Notes: generated by a model from the letters alone, not told the origin. Positions 10,722-24,399 are shown, counted from the first letter of the stretch. The stretch: 64,000 bases of DNA from Chiloscyllium plagiosum (GCF_004010195.1 NC_057717.1:105274696-105338695), one strand, 5' to 3'. Made by a program: numbers and translations.

Positions 10722-12055
10722 TAGAACATAGAACATAGAAGAATACAGCGCAGTACAGGCCCTGTGGCCCTCGATGTTGCGCCGATCCAAGCCCACCTAA
10801 CCTACACTAGCCCACTATTCTCCATATGCTTATCCAATGCCTGTTTAAATGCCCATAAAGAGGGAGAGTCCACCACTGCTACTGGCAGGGNNNNNNNNNN
10901 NNNNNNNNNNNNNNNNNNNNNNNNNNNNNNNNNNNNNNNNNNNNNNNNNNNNNNNNNNNNNNNNNNNNNNNNNNNNNNNNNNNNNNNNNNNNNNNNNNNN
11001 NNNNNNNNNNNNNNNNNNNNNNNNNNNNNNNNNNNNNNNNNNNNNNNNNNNNNNNNNNNNNNNNNNNNNNNNNNNNNNNNNNNNNNNNNNNNNNNNNNNN
11101 NNNNNNNNNNNNNNNNNNNNNNNNNNNNNNNNNNNNNNNNNNNNNNNNNNNNNNNNNNNNNNNNNNNNNNNNNNNNNNNNNNNNNNNNNNNNNNNNNNNN
11201 NNNNNNNNNNNNNNNNNNNNNNNNNNNNNNNNNNNNNNNNNNNNNNNNNNNNNNNNNNNNNNNNNNNNNNNNNNNNNNNNNNNNNNNNNNNNNNNNNNNN
11301 NNNNNNNNNNNNNNNNNNNNNNNNNNNNNNNNNNNNNNNNNNNNNNNNNNNNNNNNNNNNNNNNNNNNNNNNNNNNNNNNNNNNNNNNNNNNNNNNNNNN
11401 NNNNNNNNNNNNNNNNNNNNNNNNNNNNNNNNNNNNNNNNNNNNNNNNNNNNNNNNNNNNNNNNNNNNNNNNNNNNNNNNNNNNNNNNNNNNNNNNNNNN
11501 NNNNNNNNNNNNNNNNNNNNNNNNNNNNNNNNNNNNNNNNNNNNNNNNNNNNNNNNNNNNNNNNNNNNNNNNNNNNNNNNNNNNNNNNNNNNNNNNNNNN
11601 NNNNNNNNNNNNNNNNNNNNNNNNNNNNNNNNNNNNNNNNNNNAATGCCTTACTGAAATCCATTTACACCACATCAACTGCTTTATCCTCATCCACCTGT
11701 TTGGTCACCTTTTCAAAGAATTCAATAAGGTTTGTGAGGCACGACCTGCCCTTCACAAAACCATGCTGACTATCCTTGATCACATTATTCCTATCTAGAT
11801 GTGCATAAATCCTATCCCTTACAATTCTCTCTAAGACTTTGCCCACAACAGAAGTGAGACTCATCGGCCTATAGTTACTAGGGTTATCCTAGTACAACGG
11901 AACTACATTTGCTATCCTCCAGTCTTCTGGCACTATTCCTGTAGACAACGAGGACATAAAAATCAAGTCCAATGGCTCTGCAATCTCCTCCCTTGCTTCC
12001 CAGAGAATCCTAGGATAAATGCCATCAGGCCCAGGGGACTTATCTATTTTCACCC
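10722..12055 (-). mobile_element. Young CR1 LINE spanning an N-gap
   Basis: (agaacat)n tail at left; RT motifs SQHGFVKGRSCLTNLIEFF and VDVV.MDFSKA. Confidence 0.92.
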
Positions 12056-12159
12056 AAATAGTGGGTGAAATAGTTATTAAACTACCTTAGAAGAAGAAAT
12101 TATTATTAATCCCAGACTTGAATGTAGAGGATAATTCAATGGAAAAGTAGTTGTTAAAT

Positions 12160-12925
12160 AGAGTCATAGAATCATTTAGATGTACTGCACAGAAACAGAC
12201 CTTTCTGTCCAACTCATCCATGCTGACTAGATATCCCAACCTAATCTAGTCCCATTTGCCAGCACTTGGCCCATGACCCTCTAAACCCTTCCTATTCATA
12301 TACCCTTCCAGATACCTTTTAAATGTTGCAATTGTACCAGACTCCACCACTTCTTCTGACAACTCATTCCATACACGTACCACCCTCTGCGTGAAAAAGT
12401 TGCTCCTTCGGTCCCTTTCATATCTTTCCCCTCTCACCCTAAGCCTATGCCCTCTAATCTGGACTCCCCCACCCCAGGGAAAAGACTTTGTCTATTTATC
12501 CTATACATGACTTTATAAACCTCTATGCAGTCACCCCTGTTTTCAACGCTCCAGGGAAAACAGTCCCAGCCTATTCAGCCTCTCCCTCTAGCTCAAATCC
12601 TCCAATCCTGGCAACATCCTTGAAAAAAATTTCCGGATCCTTTCAAGTTGTGCAACATCCTTCCGATAGAAAGGAGACCAGAATTGCATGCAACATTCCA
12701 AAAGTGACCTAACCAACGTCCTGTACAGCTGCAACATGACCTTCCAACTCCCATACTCAAGGCTCTGACCAATAAAGGAAAGCATATCAAATGCCTTCTT
12801 TACTATCCTATGTACCTGCGACTCTACTTTCAAGGAGCTATGAACCTGCATTCCAAGGTCTCTTTGTTCAGCAACACTCCCTCGCATAAGTCCTGCTAAG
12901 ATTTGCTTTCCCAAAACCCCAAACC
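12160..12925 (-). mobile_element. CR1 LINE 3' fragment
   Basis: QRDLGMQVHSSLKV..LYRTLVRSLLECCMQFWSP; FFTQRVVRVWNEL. Confidence 0.9.
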
Positions 12926-12949
12926 TTTGAAGGGTCAGTTTTGCAGCAG

Positions 12950-15010
12950 ACACATCATTGCGTCTCTGTGACAGCTGCGTGCCAGGTGCATTGAGCCTTC
13001 TATATTACAACAGCGACTACATTTGTTGTGAGGTCGTGAAAAGTGCAGTTTTTTGGTTGGTTTCCAACTAAACGGTATCTTCAGATCACTCTGCCACGTC
13101 TGATATCGTTTTTGCAATATAATGTCATGATCTGTTTTGTTAATTGGTAAGTGACTGGATAGGATCAAAAATTATTCCCCATTGTGTTTCAACTGTATCT
13201 TCACATAAATCACGTCAACGTGGAGCACGTGTCTCGCGAAATGGGCAGCACCCCAACATTTACCAACATTTGCCACTGTTAAGTACAGTACGTCTGTACA
13301 GTATATCTGAGTAACTTGCATTGAGTTTGCGCATGTTCCCAATATGGTTACGCAACTGTCTCAAATACATTCACAGAAACTCAACGTGATAGCAAATTTA
13401 GTGGCAAAAAATCAATAGCCAATGCCATAATTTACCAATGCAAATTTTAAAAGTAAGACAGACTAACGTTCTTTTTTACATCTATGTCAAGACAACAACT
13501 ACACTTATCGTAATAATATGAACCGGGAAAAGGAAAATCAATCTAACTCAAATTTTCAATTAATGTTCAAATATTCTGTGACAATAAACCAGTTAAAGAT
13601 TTTAGCAAAACAGAAAAATAACGGCAGTAGTATCGACTATTTTCTATTGGGTTTTCTAGTCTGTCCTGATCTGAGAGATTTACCGACATCTGTCAATCCA
13701 CAGAATTTCCTGGAGCCATCAGCCTCCTGATACACGCATCTAAACCACTCACCTACAGAAAAGTTCCTCCAAATCAACATACCATGTTGATATTCTGAAG
13801 TCATATCGGACTCGAAACGCAAATCTCCACAGATGCTGCCAGACCTACTGCGTTTCGCTCGCATTTTCTGAGTGCATCAATTTAATTACAGCTTTATTTT
13901 AGCAGCTGCATCAACCTTGGTCCCGATAAACCCTATCTGGGAACAACATAGATTATCTATTTTTAAACGCAAATAAAATATGTTTTGGTCACGTGAAATA
14001 TTAAAGGACAGTACTTGAAGCACGTCAGGTCTTTAAGCACGATCGTCACTGTGGATTTAGCAGCACTCCTGACTGAAAGTTCTGTCAAAAATCCGAGCGG
14101 AAAACATACAACTGAGTAGGTACCACAGCCTAATCATGCAGCCGAGTGAAATCACCACGAATTGAGGGTTAAATGCTTCAGGACTCCTATATCTCCCTCA
14201 CGCATTTGTTCAATTTATGAAGCTGGGCTCGTTCTTCACACTAATTTTGAATTTAAGAAGAAATCCTCTGTAGCACATCTTCAAATCAATTAAATTCAGA
14301 GGATTCAAAGTTTTATCCCAGGAGTACTTAGATAAATGGCGTTAATTAAGATGTGAATTTACATTTTTATTCAAAATAGCAGATGTTAAAATATAATTTT
14401 TAAAAAAGCTCACCTGGAATCCATGCAACCATATAAGGGGTTAGAAAACAAGTCACTGTACTTTGAAATTTGATACGAAATAAAAGCAAAAATCAGGTTA
14501 TAGGCATTGGCTTGCAATCTTTCCGAAACCCGGGTTTCTCCACCCATCCCCCGCCCCCTCCGCCGTCTGTCTCGGCGACTACACAATCCACGGCCATTCT
14601 CAGAAAGAATCAGAAGATTTCGGCGACCTCAATACTCCACTCGTCCATCTTCAAAAATAATCAATCACCCCGCTGTATTCCACAAGCAAACAAATGTGAA
14701 CTGCCCCTGGCGCATAGCTAGGCATCTCGAATGATGTGAGGGATGGATGATTCGCGCTATTCCAAGCTGAGACTGTCAGACCCACTCGGGTCTCCTTAAT
14801 CTGCCTGGTAATGTCATTTTTAAAATTGAGTGTTAGTTCTCAAATTCATAACCCAAAGACATGTTCGTGTCATCAAAGTAAATGAAAACCCGTTGACCTT
14901 TCCGTAATTTAAAAAGATATTGGTTCAAAACTGTAAAACAAAAAGAGACCATTTCATTGTGATATCCTGGAAGGAAATAGTGTTTGGGTTTAACTTGATC
15001 GTGTGGGCTT
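12950..15010 (-). promoter_or_regulatory. Second CpG-enriched unique region, candidate promoter / first exon
   Basis: Raised CpG density; GC box ccccgcccc at ~14549; minus-strand donors CAG|GTGAGC (exon end 14414) and TAG|GTGAGT (~13753). Confidence 0.4.
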
Positions 15011-15096
15011 TCCGGCTATTTATGTGATCTCCACAGTATCACATAAAATATCACTGTTTATGTTTTTGCTTGAACATTTCTAATTTTGACATTGGT

Positions 15097-15404
15097 GGGC
15101 GGCACGGTGGCACAGTGGTTAGCACTGCTGCCTCACAGCGCCAGAGACCCGGGTTCAATTCCCGCCTCAGGCGACTGACTGTGTGGAGTTTGCACGTTCT
15201 CCCCGTGTCTGCGTGGGTTTCCTCCGGGTGCTCCGGTTTCCTCCCACAGTCCAAAGATGTGCAGGTCAGGTGAATTGGCCATGCTAAATTGCCCGTAGTG
15301 TTAGATAAGGGGTAAATGTAGGGGTATGGGTGGGTTTCGCTTCGGCGGGTCGGTGTGGACTTGTTGGGCCGAAGGGCCTGTTTCCACACTGTAATCTAAT
15401 CTAA
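15097..15404 (+). mobile_element. HE1-like V-SINE, young full-length
   Basis: ggcggcacggtggcacagtggttagcactgctgcctcacagcgcc head, B box gggttcaattccc, V-domain, tail gggccgaagggcctgtttccacactgta then (atcta)n; CpGs intact. Confidence 0.93.
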
Positions 15405-16234
15405 ACCTAGGAAGGCAGGTAAAAACGTTTTCTATCCGAAATCTGCACAATATTTCGTTTCAACTCTTGAGCAGAAGGTTGTTAGTTCAGACTGTATCAC
15501 ATTGTATTAGTACACAGAAGGCCATTCTGCCCATTGTGATTGTGTCAATTCGTTGAAAGAACAAATCGAATGTTCCTACTCTGCAAATGTTTCTTTCTCA
15601 AGCATTTGTTGAAATTCCTTTTGAAAGTTACCTTTACTTTTGAATTTGCTCCTAGCAGCCTTTCAGCGACTATATTATGTTTGATAAAGCATGCAAAATT
15701 ATCTCCTGAGCCCCCTTCTGTTTGTTTTAACCAATAACCCTCCTGTCAGTTTGTCCCTATTTATTCTATCAAAACTTTTCATTTTGAACACCTATGGTAT
15801 TTTTCCTTAAACTTTTCTGCTCCAAGGAGCGTAAGATCAATTTCTCCAGTCTCTCCTTGGAACTGAAGTTTCTCATCCAATTATCATTCTAGTAAATCTC
15901 CTTTGCACTGTCTCCAAATGACCTAACATTTTTCATAATTTATTGAATTTTGGGAGTCCCCATTTCAGTGAACAAAAACATGTCAGTTTTTATAATTTTT
16001 TTCTTAACTCCATAAAATATGTACTGACTATTTCATTTTCATTGTCATCAAGGATGGGCCATTAAAATTATTCAAGGCCAAATTAGATAGATTTTTGACA
16101 GGTAAGTGGCTCAAAGGTTATGGGAGATGTACAGGAAAATGGAGACCAGACCATTTTTTCCGATCAGCCATGAACTTATCAAAGGGCAGAGGAGGCTCGT
16201 AAAACTGAAAGGCTTATTCTTTTTATATTAATTT

Positions 16235-17695
16235 GTGGGAGGTGGATGTCACTGGCTGGCTGGCCAGGATTTATTTACTGTCCTTGTTGCTCTTGAGAAG
16301 GTGGAGGTGAGCTGTCTTCCTGAACTGCCGCAGACCATCTTCTGTGGGTTAACCCACAATACTCTTCTGGAGAGAATTCCAAGATTTGACCCAGTGAAAG
16401 TAAAGAAACAGCAATACATTACCAAATCAGAATGGTCAGTAGTTTGGAAAGGAACTTACAGTTGGTAGTGTTCCCATGTACTGGCAGCCTTTGGCCTTCT
16501 AGATGGAACTGGTTGTGCTATCTGAGGATCTTTGGTAAATTTCTGCAGTGCACATTGAATATAGTACACATTGCTGCTACTGAGCATATGTGTGGAAGGA
16601 ATGGGAATGTTTGTGGATGTGGTGCCAATCAAGTGGGCTGCTTGAATATTGTTGTAGCTGCACCCATCCAGGCAAGTGGACAATAATCCATTACACTCCT
16701 GACTTGTGCCTTGTGGATGGTGGGCAGTCTTTGGGAAATCAGGAGGTGAGTTACATTCCACAGTATTGATTAGATTAGATTACATTACATTACAGTGTGG
16801 AAACAGGACCTTCGGCCCAACAAGTCCACACCGACCCGCCGAAGCGTAACCCAACCATACCCCTACATTTACCCCTTACCTAATACTATGGGCAATTTAG
16901 CATGGCCAATTCACCTGACCTGCACAACTTTGGACTGTGGGAGGAAACCGGAGCACCCGGAGGAAACCCACGCAGACATGGGGAGAACATGCAAACTCCA
17001 CACAGTCAGTTGCCTGAGGCGGGAATTGAACCTGGGTCTCTGGCGCTGTGAGGCAGCAGTGCTAACCACTGTGCCACCGTGCCGCCTGCCTCTTATCTGT
17101 TCTTGTAACAACTGGGTTTATGTGATGGGAACAGTTGAGTTTCTGGTTAATGATAGCCCCAATGATGTCGATAGTGGGGGATTCGGTGATGGTAACGCCA
17201 TTGAATGTCAAAGGGCAGTGGTTAGATTGTTACTTATTGGTGTAGGTCATAACCTGGCACTTGTGTGTGCAAATATTACTTGCCACTTGTCATTCCAAAC
17301 CTGGATATTGTCCAGATCTTATTGTATTTGAACATGGACTGCTTCAGTAGCTGAGGAGTCATGAATGCTGCTGAACATTGTATAATCATCAGCAAACATC
17401 CCACTTCTGACTTTATGGTGGAGGGAAGGTCATGGCTGAAACAGCTGAGGATGTTTAGCCTTGCCTGAGGAACTACTGCAGAAATGGCCTGGAAATGAGA
17501 TGACTGACCTTCAACAACCATAACCATCTTCCTATGTGCCAGGTATGACTCCAACCAATGGAGAGTTTACTCCCGATACACACTGATTCTAGTTTTGCTA
17601 GAGCTCCTTGATGGCTTACCCAGTTGAATTCAGCGTTGATGTCAAGGGCTATCACTCTTACTTCATTTCTGGAATTAAGCTCTTTTGTCAATATT
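16235..17695 (-). mobile_element. L2/Crack-like LINE 3' portion (family of 5335-6277), SINE-interrupted
   Basis: EVRVIALDINAEFNWVSHQGALAKL; LESYLAHRKMVMVVEGQSS; tail matches 9602-9688 in reverse complement. Confidence 0.8.
16768..17086 (-). mobile_element. HE1-like V-SINE, young full-length
   Basis: Reverse complement of 15097-15404 with few mismatches. Confidence 0.93.
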
Positions 17696-17729
17696 TTGAT
17701 ATGCCCTAGATCACTGTCAAGCTTACATA

Positions 17730-18720
17730 GTAAGGAATTGGCTAGGGTACTATTCCTAAGATTGCCAAAAAGATTGATCTTACATCACTTATGCTGTAAG
17801 GATCCCAATATGTATATTGACCAGTGATTATAAGATTTTGTTGGACATTAGTTGAGAACTCAGTATCAGACTGTTCAACTAATACATCAAGGGAAGGGAG
17901 CTTATATGATTGCTGAATGTCAATGGTAAATTTGAGCACAGGATGTGGTTACTAAGCTAGATAAAGAACTTGTTTGATGCAGTTAATTATTCAAATACTT
18001 CAAACATGTCATCTGCATATTGGAAGTATGCAAGAGATAGAAGGCTAGTGGTATTTCCATTGAAGATGCATGTTTTATGGTAACCAATAAAGATGTTACC
18101 AAGGGCTGGGCCTAGAAGGAACCCCATGGGAATACCATCTAGTTGGGCATACACGGTTAAATTGAAGATGAACTCAACTGCCGGAGTTGCTAATTTCATG
18201 ACTATAAGAACACAGATTCAGGCACAGTAGTGACGTTCAAAATTAGAGGGCTTTTTTTTAGGTGACAGGAAAAAAATTTAAAGGGGACCTGAGGGTCAGC
18301 TTTTTCACACAGGAAGTATGTGGAATGAAATGCCAGAGGAAATGGTAGATGCAGCATTTAAAAGACATTTGGAGAGGTACATGAATAAAAGAGGTTTGGA
18401 GGGATATTGGCCAAATGCAGGCAAGTAGTACTAATTTAATTTGGGAAACTTGATTGGCATGGATGAGTTGGACCGAAGGATCTGTTTTATGCTGAATGAC
18501 TCTAATATTCTATTTGATTAAAACCTGTTTGTGTCCTCCCTAACTTTGACCAGGTTGACTAAATCTGTTCATTGATGGTACATTCATAAGGAACGGATAG
18601 ATGGTACGGTTTGTTCATCCGGTACGACAGGATGGTACAAAGCAGCTCCGAATTCTTAATTGTTCACATAATAATTTCCTGGTTTTAATTCCACTATTAC
18701 AATCACAATCCTCTGGGGAG
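17730..18720 (-). mobile_element. Penelope-like element RT relic, interrupted by a CR1 3' end at ~18225-18510 (+)
   Basis: FIFNLTVYAQLDGIPMGFLLGPALGNIFIG..YFQYADDMF; LKFTID..LPSLDVLV, PLE RT motifs. Confidence 0.75.
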
Positions 18721-18722
18721 AG

Positions 18723-20883
18723 TGTGATGAAGCTGCTCCTTTAACAAGGTTATGTTGTCCTTTTTTTTCAGAGACGTGATAAAATACACAGATTCCAAAA
18801 AGTCCAAGTTGAAAAGTTTTAGGAACAGTTTGATTATAGCCAACAGATACTTGCCTTAGGCAACAGGCTTTTAAGTTTTTGAAAAGAAAACTTGTACGAT
18901 GAAAATGGAGTGCCCAGTTCTCCCAGCTCAGCTTTTCTCTGGTTTGGTTTGGTTTTTAGCCTTTGGGTTTGGTTTTTAGCAGTAGTGTTAAAAAGCTGCT
19001 GGATCCAAAGAAGCAGATCCATGCTGATCTCTCTCTGACTTCTCTCTCCTGTAAGACCCTGTGTCTGATTTTACCTTTTGTGCCAAGTGGTGTTTAAGGG
19101 GATTGTAGCAAGTATTTGGAACAGCATCTTAAGTTGGGATAATCTGTTGGGTTTTCAGATAGGTTATGTTATTCTGTATTCTGTTCTCTTTTGTTCATGT
19201 TTCATTCAGTAATACATAGAGCATAGAACATAGAACAGTACAGCACAGAACAGGCCCTTCAGCCCACGATGTTGTGCCGACCATTGATCCTCATGTATGC
19301 ACCCTCAAATTTCTGTGACCATATGCATGTCCAGCAGTCTCTTAAATGTCCCCAATGACTTTGCTTCCACAATTGCTGCTGGCAACGCATTCCATGCTCT
19401 CACAACTCTCTGTGTAAAGAACCCGCCTCTGATATCCCCTCTATACTTTCCTTCAACCAGCTTAAAACTATGACCCCTCATGTTAGCCATTTCTGCCCTG
19501 GGAAATAGTCTCTGGCTATCGACTCTATCTATGCCTCTCATTATCTTGTATATCTCAATTAGGTCCCCTCTCCTCCTCCTTTTCTCCAATGAAAAAAAGT
19601 CCGAGCTCAGTCAACCGCTCTTCNNNNNNNNNNNNNNNNNNNNNNNNNNNNNNNNNNNNNNNNNNNNNNNNNNNNNNNNNNNNNNNNNNNNNNNNNNNNN
19701 NNNNNNNNNNNNNNNNNNNNNNNNNNNNNNNNNNNNNNNNNNNNNNNNNNNNNNNNNNNNNNNNNNNNNNNNNNNNNNNNNNNNNNNNNNNNNNNNNNNN
19801 NNNNNNNNNNNNNNNNNNNNNNNNNNNNNNNNNNNNNNNNNNNNNNNNNNNNNNNNNNNNNNNNNNNNNNNNNNNNNNNNNNNNNNNNNNNNNNNNNNNN
19901 NNNNNNNNNNNNNNNNNNNNNNNNNNNNNNNNNNNNNNNNNNNNNNNNNNNNNNNNNNNNNNNNNNNNNNNNNNNNNNNNNNNNNNNNNNNNNNNNNNNN
20001 NNNNNNNNNNNNNNNNNNNNNNNNNNNNNNNNNNNNNNNNNNNNNNNNNNNNNNNNNNNNNNNNNNNNNNNNNNNNNNNNNNNNNNNNNNNNNNNNNNNN
20101 NNNNNNNNNNNNNNNNNNNNNNNNNNNNNNNNNNNNNNNNNNNNNNNNNNNNNNNNNNNNNNNNNNNNNNNNNNNNNNNNNNNNNNNNNNNNNNNNNNNN
20201 NNNNNNNNNNNNNNNNNNNNNNNNNNNNNNNNNNNNNNNNNNNNNNNNNNNNNNNNNNNNNNNNNNNNNNNNNNNNNNNNNNNNNNNNNNNNNNNNNNNN
20301 NNNNNNNNNNNNNNNNNNNNNNNNNNNNNNNNNNNNNNNNNNNNNNNNNNNNNNNNNNNNNNNNNNNNNNNNNNNNNNNNNNNNNNNNNNNNNNNNNNNN
20401 NNNNNNNNNNNNNNNNNNNNNNNNNNNNNNNNNNNNNNNACACCTCCAACCTTTGTGTCGTCTGCAAACTTGCTGACCCATCCTTCAATCCCCTCATCTA
20501 AGTCATTAACAAAAATTATAAACAGTAGAGGCTCAAGGACAGAGCGCTGTGGAACACCACTCACCACTGACTTCCAGGCAAAATATTTTCCTTCTACTAC
20601 CACTCGCTGTCTTCTGTTGGCCAGCCAATTCTGTATCCAGAGAGCTAAGTTCCCCGTATCCCATTCCTCCTGACCTTCTGAATGAGTCTACCATGGGGAT
20701 CCTTATCAAATACCTTGCTGAAATAATGTTGTCAATAAATTCTGTTTTGTTTGAAACAAAGTGGTATGACCAGCGACATCTGTCCTGGAATATCAACTTC
20801 ACACCTGCTTAAAACAAGTCGTAAAGTTAGAGTCTGGGCTACTTCCTTGAAATGTTTTGAGAGGTCTGGCCTGGTCCATAACA
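18723..20883 (+). mobile_element. Solo LTR related to the Gmr1-type LTRs at 38275/43738, split by a CR1
   Basis: tgtgatgaagctgctcctttaacaagg..ggtccataaca matches the reverse complement of those LTRs; near-TSD agag/atag. Confidence 0.82.
19214..20722 (-). mobile_element. Young CR1 LINE inside the solo LTR, spanning an N-gap
   Basis: SGVPQRSVLEPLLFIIFVNDLD..KFADDTKVGG; (agaacat)n tail. Confidence 0.92.
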
Positions 20884-21087
20884 ATAGGCTTGGTACTCAT
20901 CTATCAGATACCGGGTCACAGTGAGGTTTCAGAATTGAAAAGTATAACTGAAACACATTCTGACAGATTTCTGAAATATTGGCATTGCTGACAATGCTCA
21001 ATGACCAAATGCTCAAACCTTCAGGGAAACTAAAATTGCATGAAAAGTTGCCAAAACAAAGAATGTCAAAATAATTGTGATCTCCAA

Positions 21088-21810
21088 GTCATAGAGATGT
21101 ACAGCATGGAAACAAATCCTTCGGTCCAACCCATCCATGCCGATCAGATATCCCAACCCAATCTAGTCCCACCTGCCAGCACCCAAACCCTTCCTATTCA
21201 TATACCCATCCAAATGTCTCTTAAATGTTGCAATTGTACCAGCTTCCACCACTTCCTCTTGCAGCACATTCCATACATGTACCATCCTCTGTGTGAAAAG
21301 GTTGCCCCTTAGGTCTTTTTTATATCTTTCCCCTCTCACCCTAAACCTATGCCCTTTAGTTCTGGACTCCCCGACCCCAGGGAAAAGACTTTGTCTATTT
21401 ACCCTATCCATGTGCCTCATAATTTTGTAAACCTCTATAAGGTCACCCCTCAGCCTCCGATGCTCCAGGGAAAAGAGCCCCAGCCTGTTCAGCCTCTCCC
21501 TGTAGCTCAAATCCTCCAACCCTGGCAACGTCTTTGTAAATCTTTTCTGAACCCTTTCAAGTTTCACAACATCTTTCCAATAGGAAGGAGACCAGAATTG
21601 CACGCAATATTCCAACAGTGGCCTAACCAATGTTCTGTATAGCCGCAATGTGACCTTCCAACTCCATACTCTGACCAATAAAAGAAAGCATACCAAACGC
21701 CTTCTTCACTATCCTATCTACCTGTGACTCCACTTTCAAGGAGCTATGAACCTGCACTCCAAGGTCTCTTTGTTCAGCAACACTCCATAGAACCTTACCA
21801 TTAAGTGTGA
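21088..21810 (-). mobile_element. CR1 LINE 3' fragment
   Basis: LYRTLVRPLLEYCVQFWSP..RRLRGDLIEVYKIM..FKRHLDGYMNRKG. Confidence 0.92.
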
Positions 21811-22344
21811 GACTAACTGTGTTAAACACTGGCCTTTACCTCTCTGTTCAGGGTTGATATCCAACTTAGATTGAACAGACAAAACTCTTTGCCATTTATG
21901 GTTATAAGGATCCTACAAGAAATTCATTTGACTGTCTCATCCAAATTTCCAACAGTCATAGAATAAAACTAAATCAAATGTAGTGTTCAAAAAACACAGA
22001 AACACCAATGGAATGACTAGTGTCAAAGATAGGGTGATTACATTGATGCAGTAGGCTTCCTTCTGGGCTATGTTATTGGGACACAGTAAAGAGAGCTTTT
22101 CTTTGGATCAATTCATTCTACCAGTCATCAGATTGCTTAATACTCTCACTTATTTCAAAAATGTAAAGACTTTTCATTTCCCCAGTACAAACAAGTAATT
22201 GGTTATAAAACACACTAACAATAATTGTTATAATCTATCAGTGTTAACATTAATCTTCCTGTCCTTTTATTGAATGAGGCTGTACAAAGCAGCTATCAGA
22301 TTGTAAATCTTAGAATTTTGTTGAAAGGAGCCAAATAGAAGCAA

Positions 22345-23992
22345 GGAGGACAAAGTGAGGATTGCAGATGCTGGAATTCAGAGTCGATAAGTATGGCACT
22401 GGAAAAGCACAGCAGGACAGGCTGTTTGTCCATTTGTGGTCTGTTGCATTAATGAGTAAAGATTTTAGGCATTTCTCTAAATATTCTGTGGCCGTTTTGC
22501 TCTGCTATTCTTTTAGGCGAAAGTGGGTACTACATTCCTGATGAAGGGCTTTTGCCTGAAATGTCGATTTTCCTTGAATGCTGCCTGACCTGTTGTGCCT
22601 TTCCTGCACTGCTCTAATCTTGACTCTACTATTCCTTTGGCTAGTGCAGTGTTAAGGGGAGGCTTGTATTTAAGACATTGAGATAGTACCTGTTTCCTTA
22701 GGCATTTGTGCAGGAAGTACAGTTGTTCACAGATAGCACTCTGTCAGATGGCATTGGTTTCCCATTTTCGGGCCAGTTTTAGCATATTGTACCCTTGGTG
22801 TTAGCAAGTTCTGAGAAGATTTATAGCTGAGGTTGAGATTCTGCATGTAGGTTTGCTCGCTGAGCTGGAAGCTTCATTTTCAGACGTTTCATCACCATAC
22901 TAGGTAACATCATTAGTTAACCTCCCCTTAACACCGCACTAGCCAAAAGAATAGCAGAGCAAAACGGCCGCAGAGTCCTTGAGAAATAGTTAATGATGCC
23001 CACAACAGATTCTGTAAATACAACGGGGAAATTTTGCACGAAAAAGTCTTCACTCACTAATGGCAACAGATCATAAATGGACAGACATAGTACAACAAGC
23101 CATAGATATTAGACAGCAACAAACGCAGAAAATGAAAAAACTAGACCTGCAGAAAAAACTAGACAAACTCACTCAAAATAACAACACAGAAACATGGATA
23201 AAAAACTTATCTGACTGATACATAACAGACACTGAAAAGGCAGTCTTAGTAAGAAGTTAAATTACAACTTCCTGGATGCAGACAAGAAAGATTTCCTAGC
23301 AGCATTAGAAACAACACTGAAAGACAACCAACTCACAGAAGAAACCCAGCAAACCATCAGACAGTCACACCAACATTAAGCAGGAAAAAGGAAGGAAACA
23401 AACTCAATACACAGAGAGGAAAGCACTAGAAAGACTAAAAAAAGACCCGATACAGACAACAAGCAAAACTAATGTCTTTTACAAAATACCTTGCAAGAAC
23501 TGTAACAAACACTGCATTGGACAAACTGGCAGAAAAGTAGCCACCAGGATACATGAACATCAACTAGCCACAAAACGACATGACCCACTCTCACTAGTAT
23601 CCTTACATACAGATGAGGCAGGACACCACTTCGACTGGGACAACACATCTATCCTAGGACAAGCCAAACAGAGACATGCATGAGAATTCCTAGAAGCATG
23701 GCATTCCAACCGGAACTCTATCAACAAACACATTGACTTGGATACCATTTAGCACCCCCTGAGAAAAAAGAACAGGAAATGACATCACCACAGGAATTGA
23801 CATCACCAACCCAAGGAAACCTAAACACATAAATAGAAAGCAGGCCATACTACCAGTGCTTCATCCGGAGGCTCATTGATGATGTTACCTAGAATGGTGA
23901 CAAAATATCTGAAAACGAACCTTCCAGCTCAGTGAGCAAACCTACATCCAGAACCTCAACCTGAGCTACAAATCTTCTCAAAACTCACTAGT
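22345..23992 (+). mobile_element. Penelope-like element with GIY-YIG relic and inverted pseudo-LTR
   Basis: ~23470-23750 reads NVFYKIPCKNCNKHCIGQTGRKVATRIHEHQ..HHFDWDNTSILG..EFLEAWHS; 22800-22917 is the inverted copy of 23875-23990. Confidence 0.85.
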
Positions 23993-24399
23993 CATTCTTC
24001 AGTTTCTCTCTGTTTGGATGTTGCTTGACTTGCTGAATATTTCCTGTATTGTCTTTTTTTTTCAGTTTTTGTTTATCTACTGTATTTTACTTTATGTTTT
24101 ATTTTGCCTGTTCATTTAAGATTTAAAAGTTTAATTGCTATAACCTGTAAGATACTGAGTTCAGTTCGAGACTAACTGCTGCTTTTGAAACGCCTTTGTC
24201 TATTAGAATCATTCTTGTAAATTCTTCCTCTAAGTCATTCTAAACAAGTATGAACAAGTAGAGGGAATTCAGTGGAGTACATATCTCTAACATTCATGTT
24301 AAGTCAATATTATTACAATTAAGCAACTCTTCCTTGCTTAGTTACATTTCTGTAGTAACACAGCAGAAAAACAAATTAAACATTTTATTCAGTACTTCC

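Noticed and set aside
15097..15170. tRNA-like sequences (also ~30990-31050)
   Set aside because: SINE heads with A/B boxes; no complete cloverleaf.
15051..15389. Recurrent MWKQALRPNKS.. ORF (also 16795 and 45393)
   Set aside because: Antisense reading of the HE1-like SINE, not a gene family.
1468..20673. Long ORFs of 230-397 aa in the ORF track
   Set aside because: They run through N-gaps; the real residues are CR1 ORF2 pieces or antisense frames.
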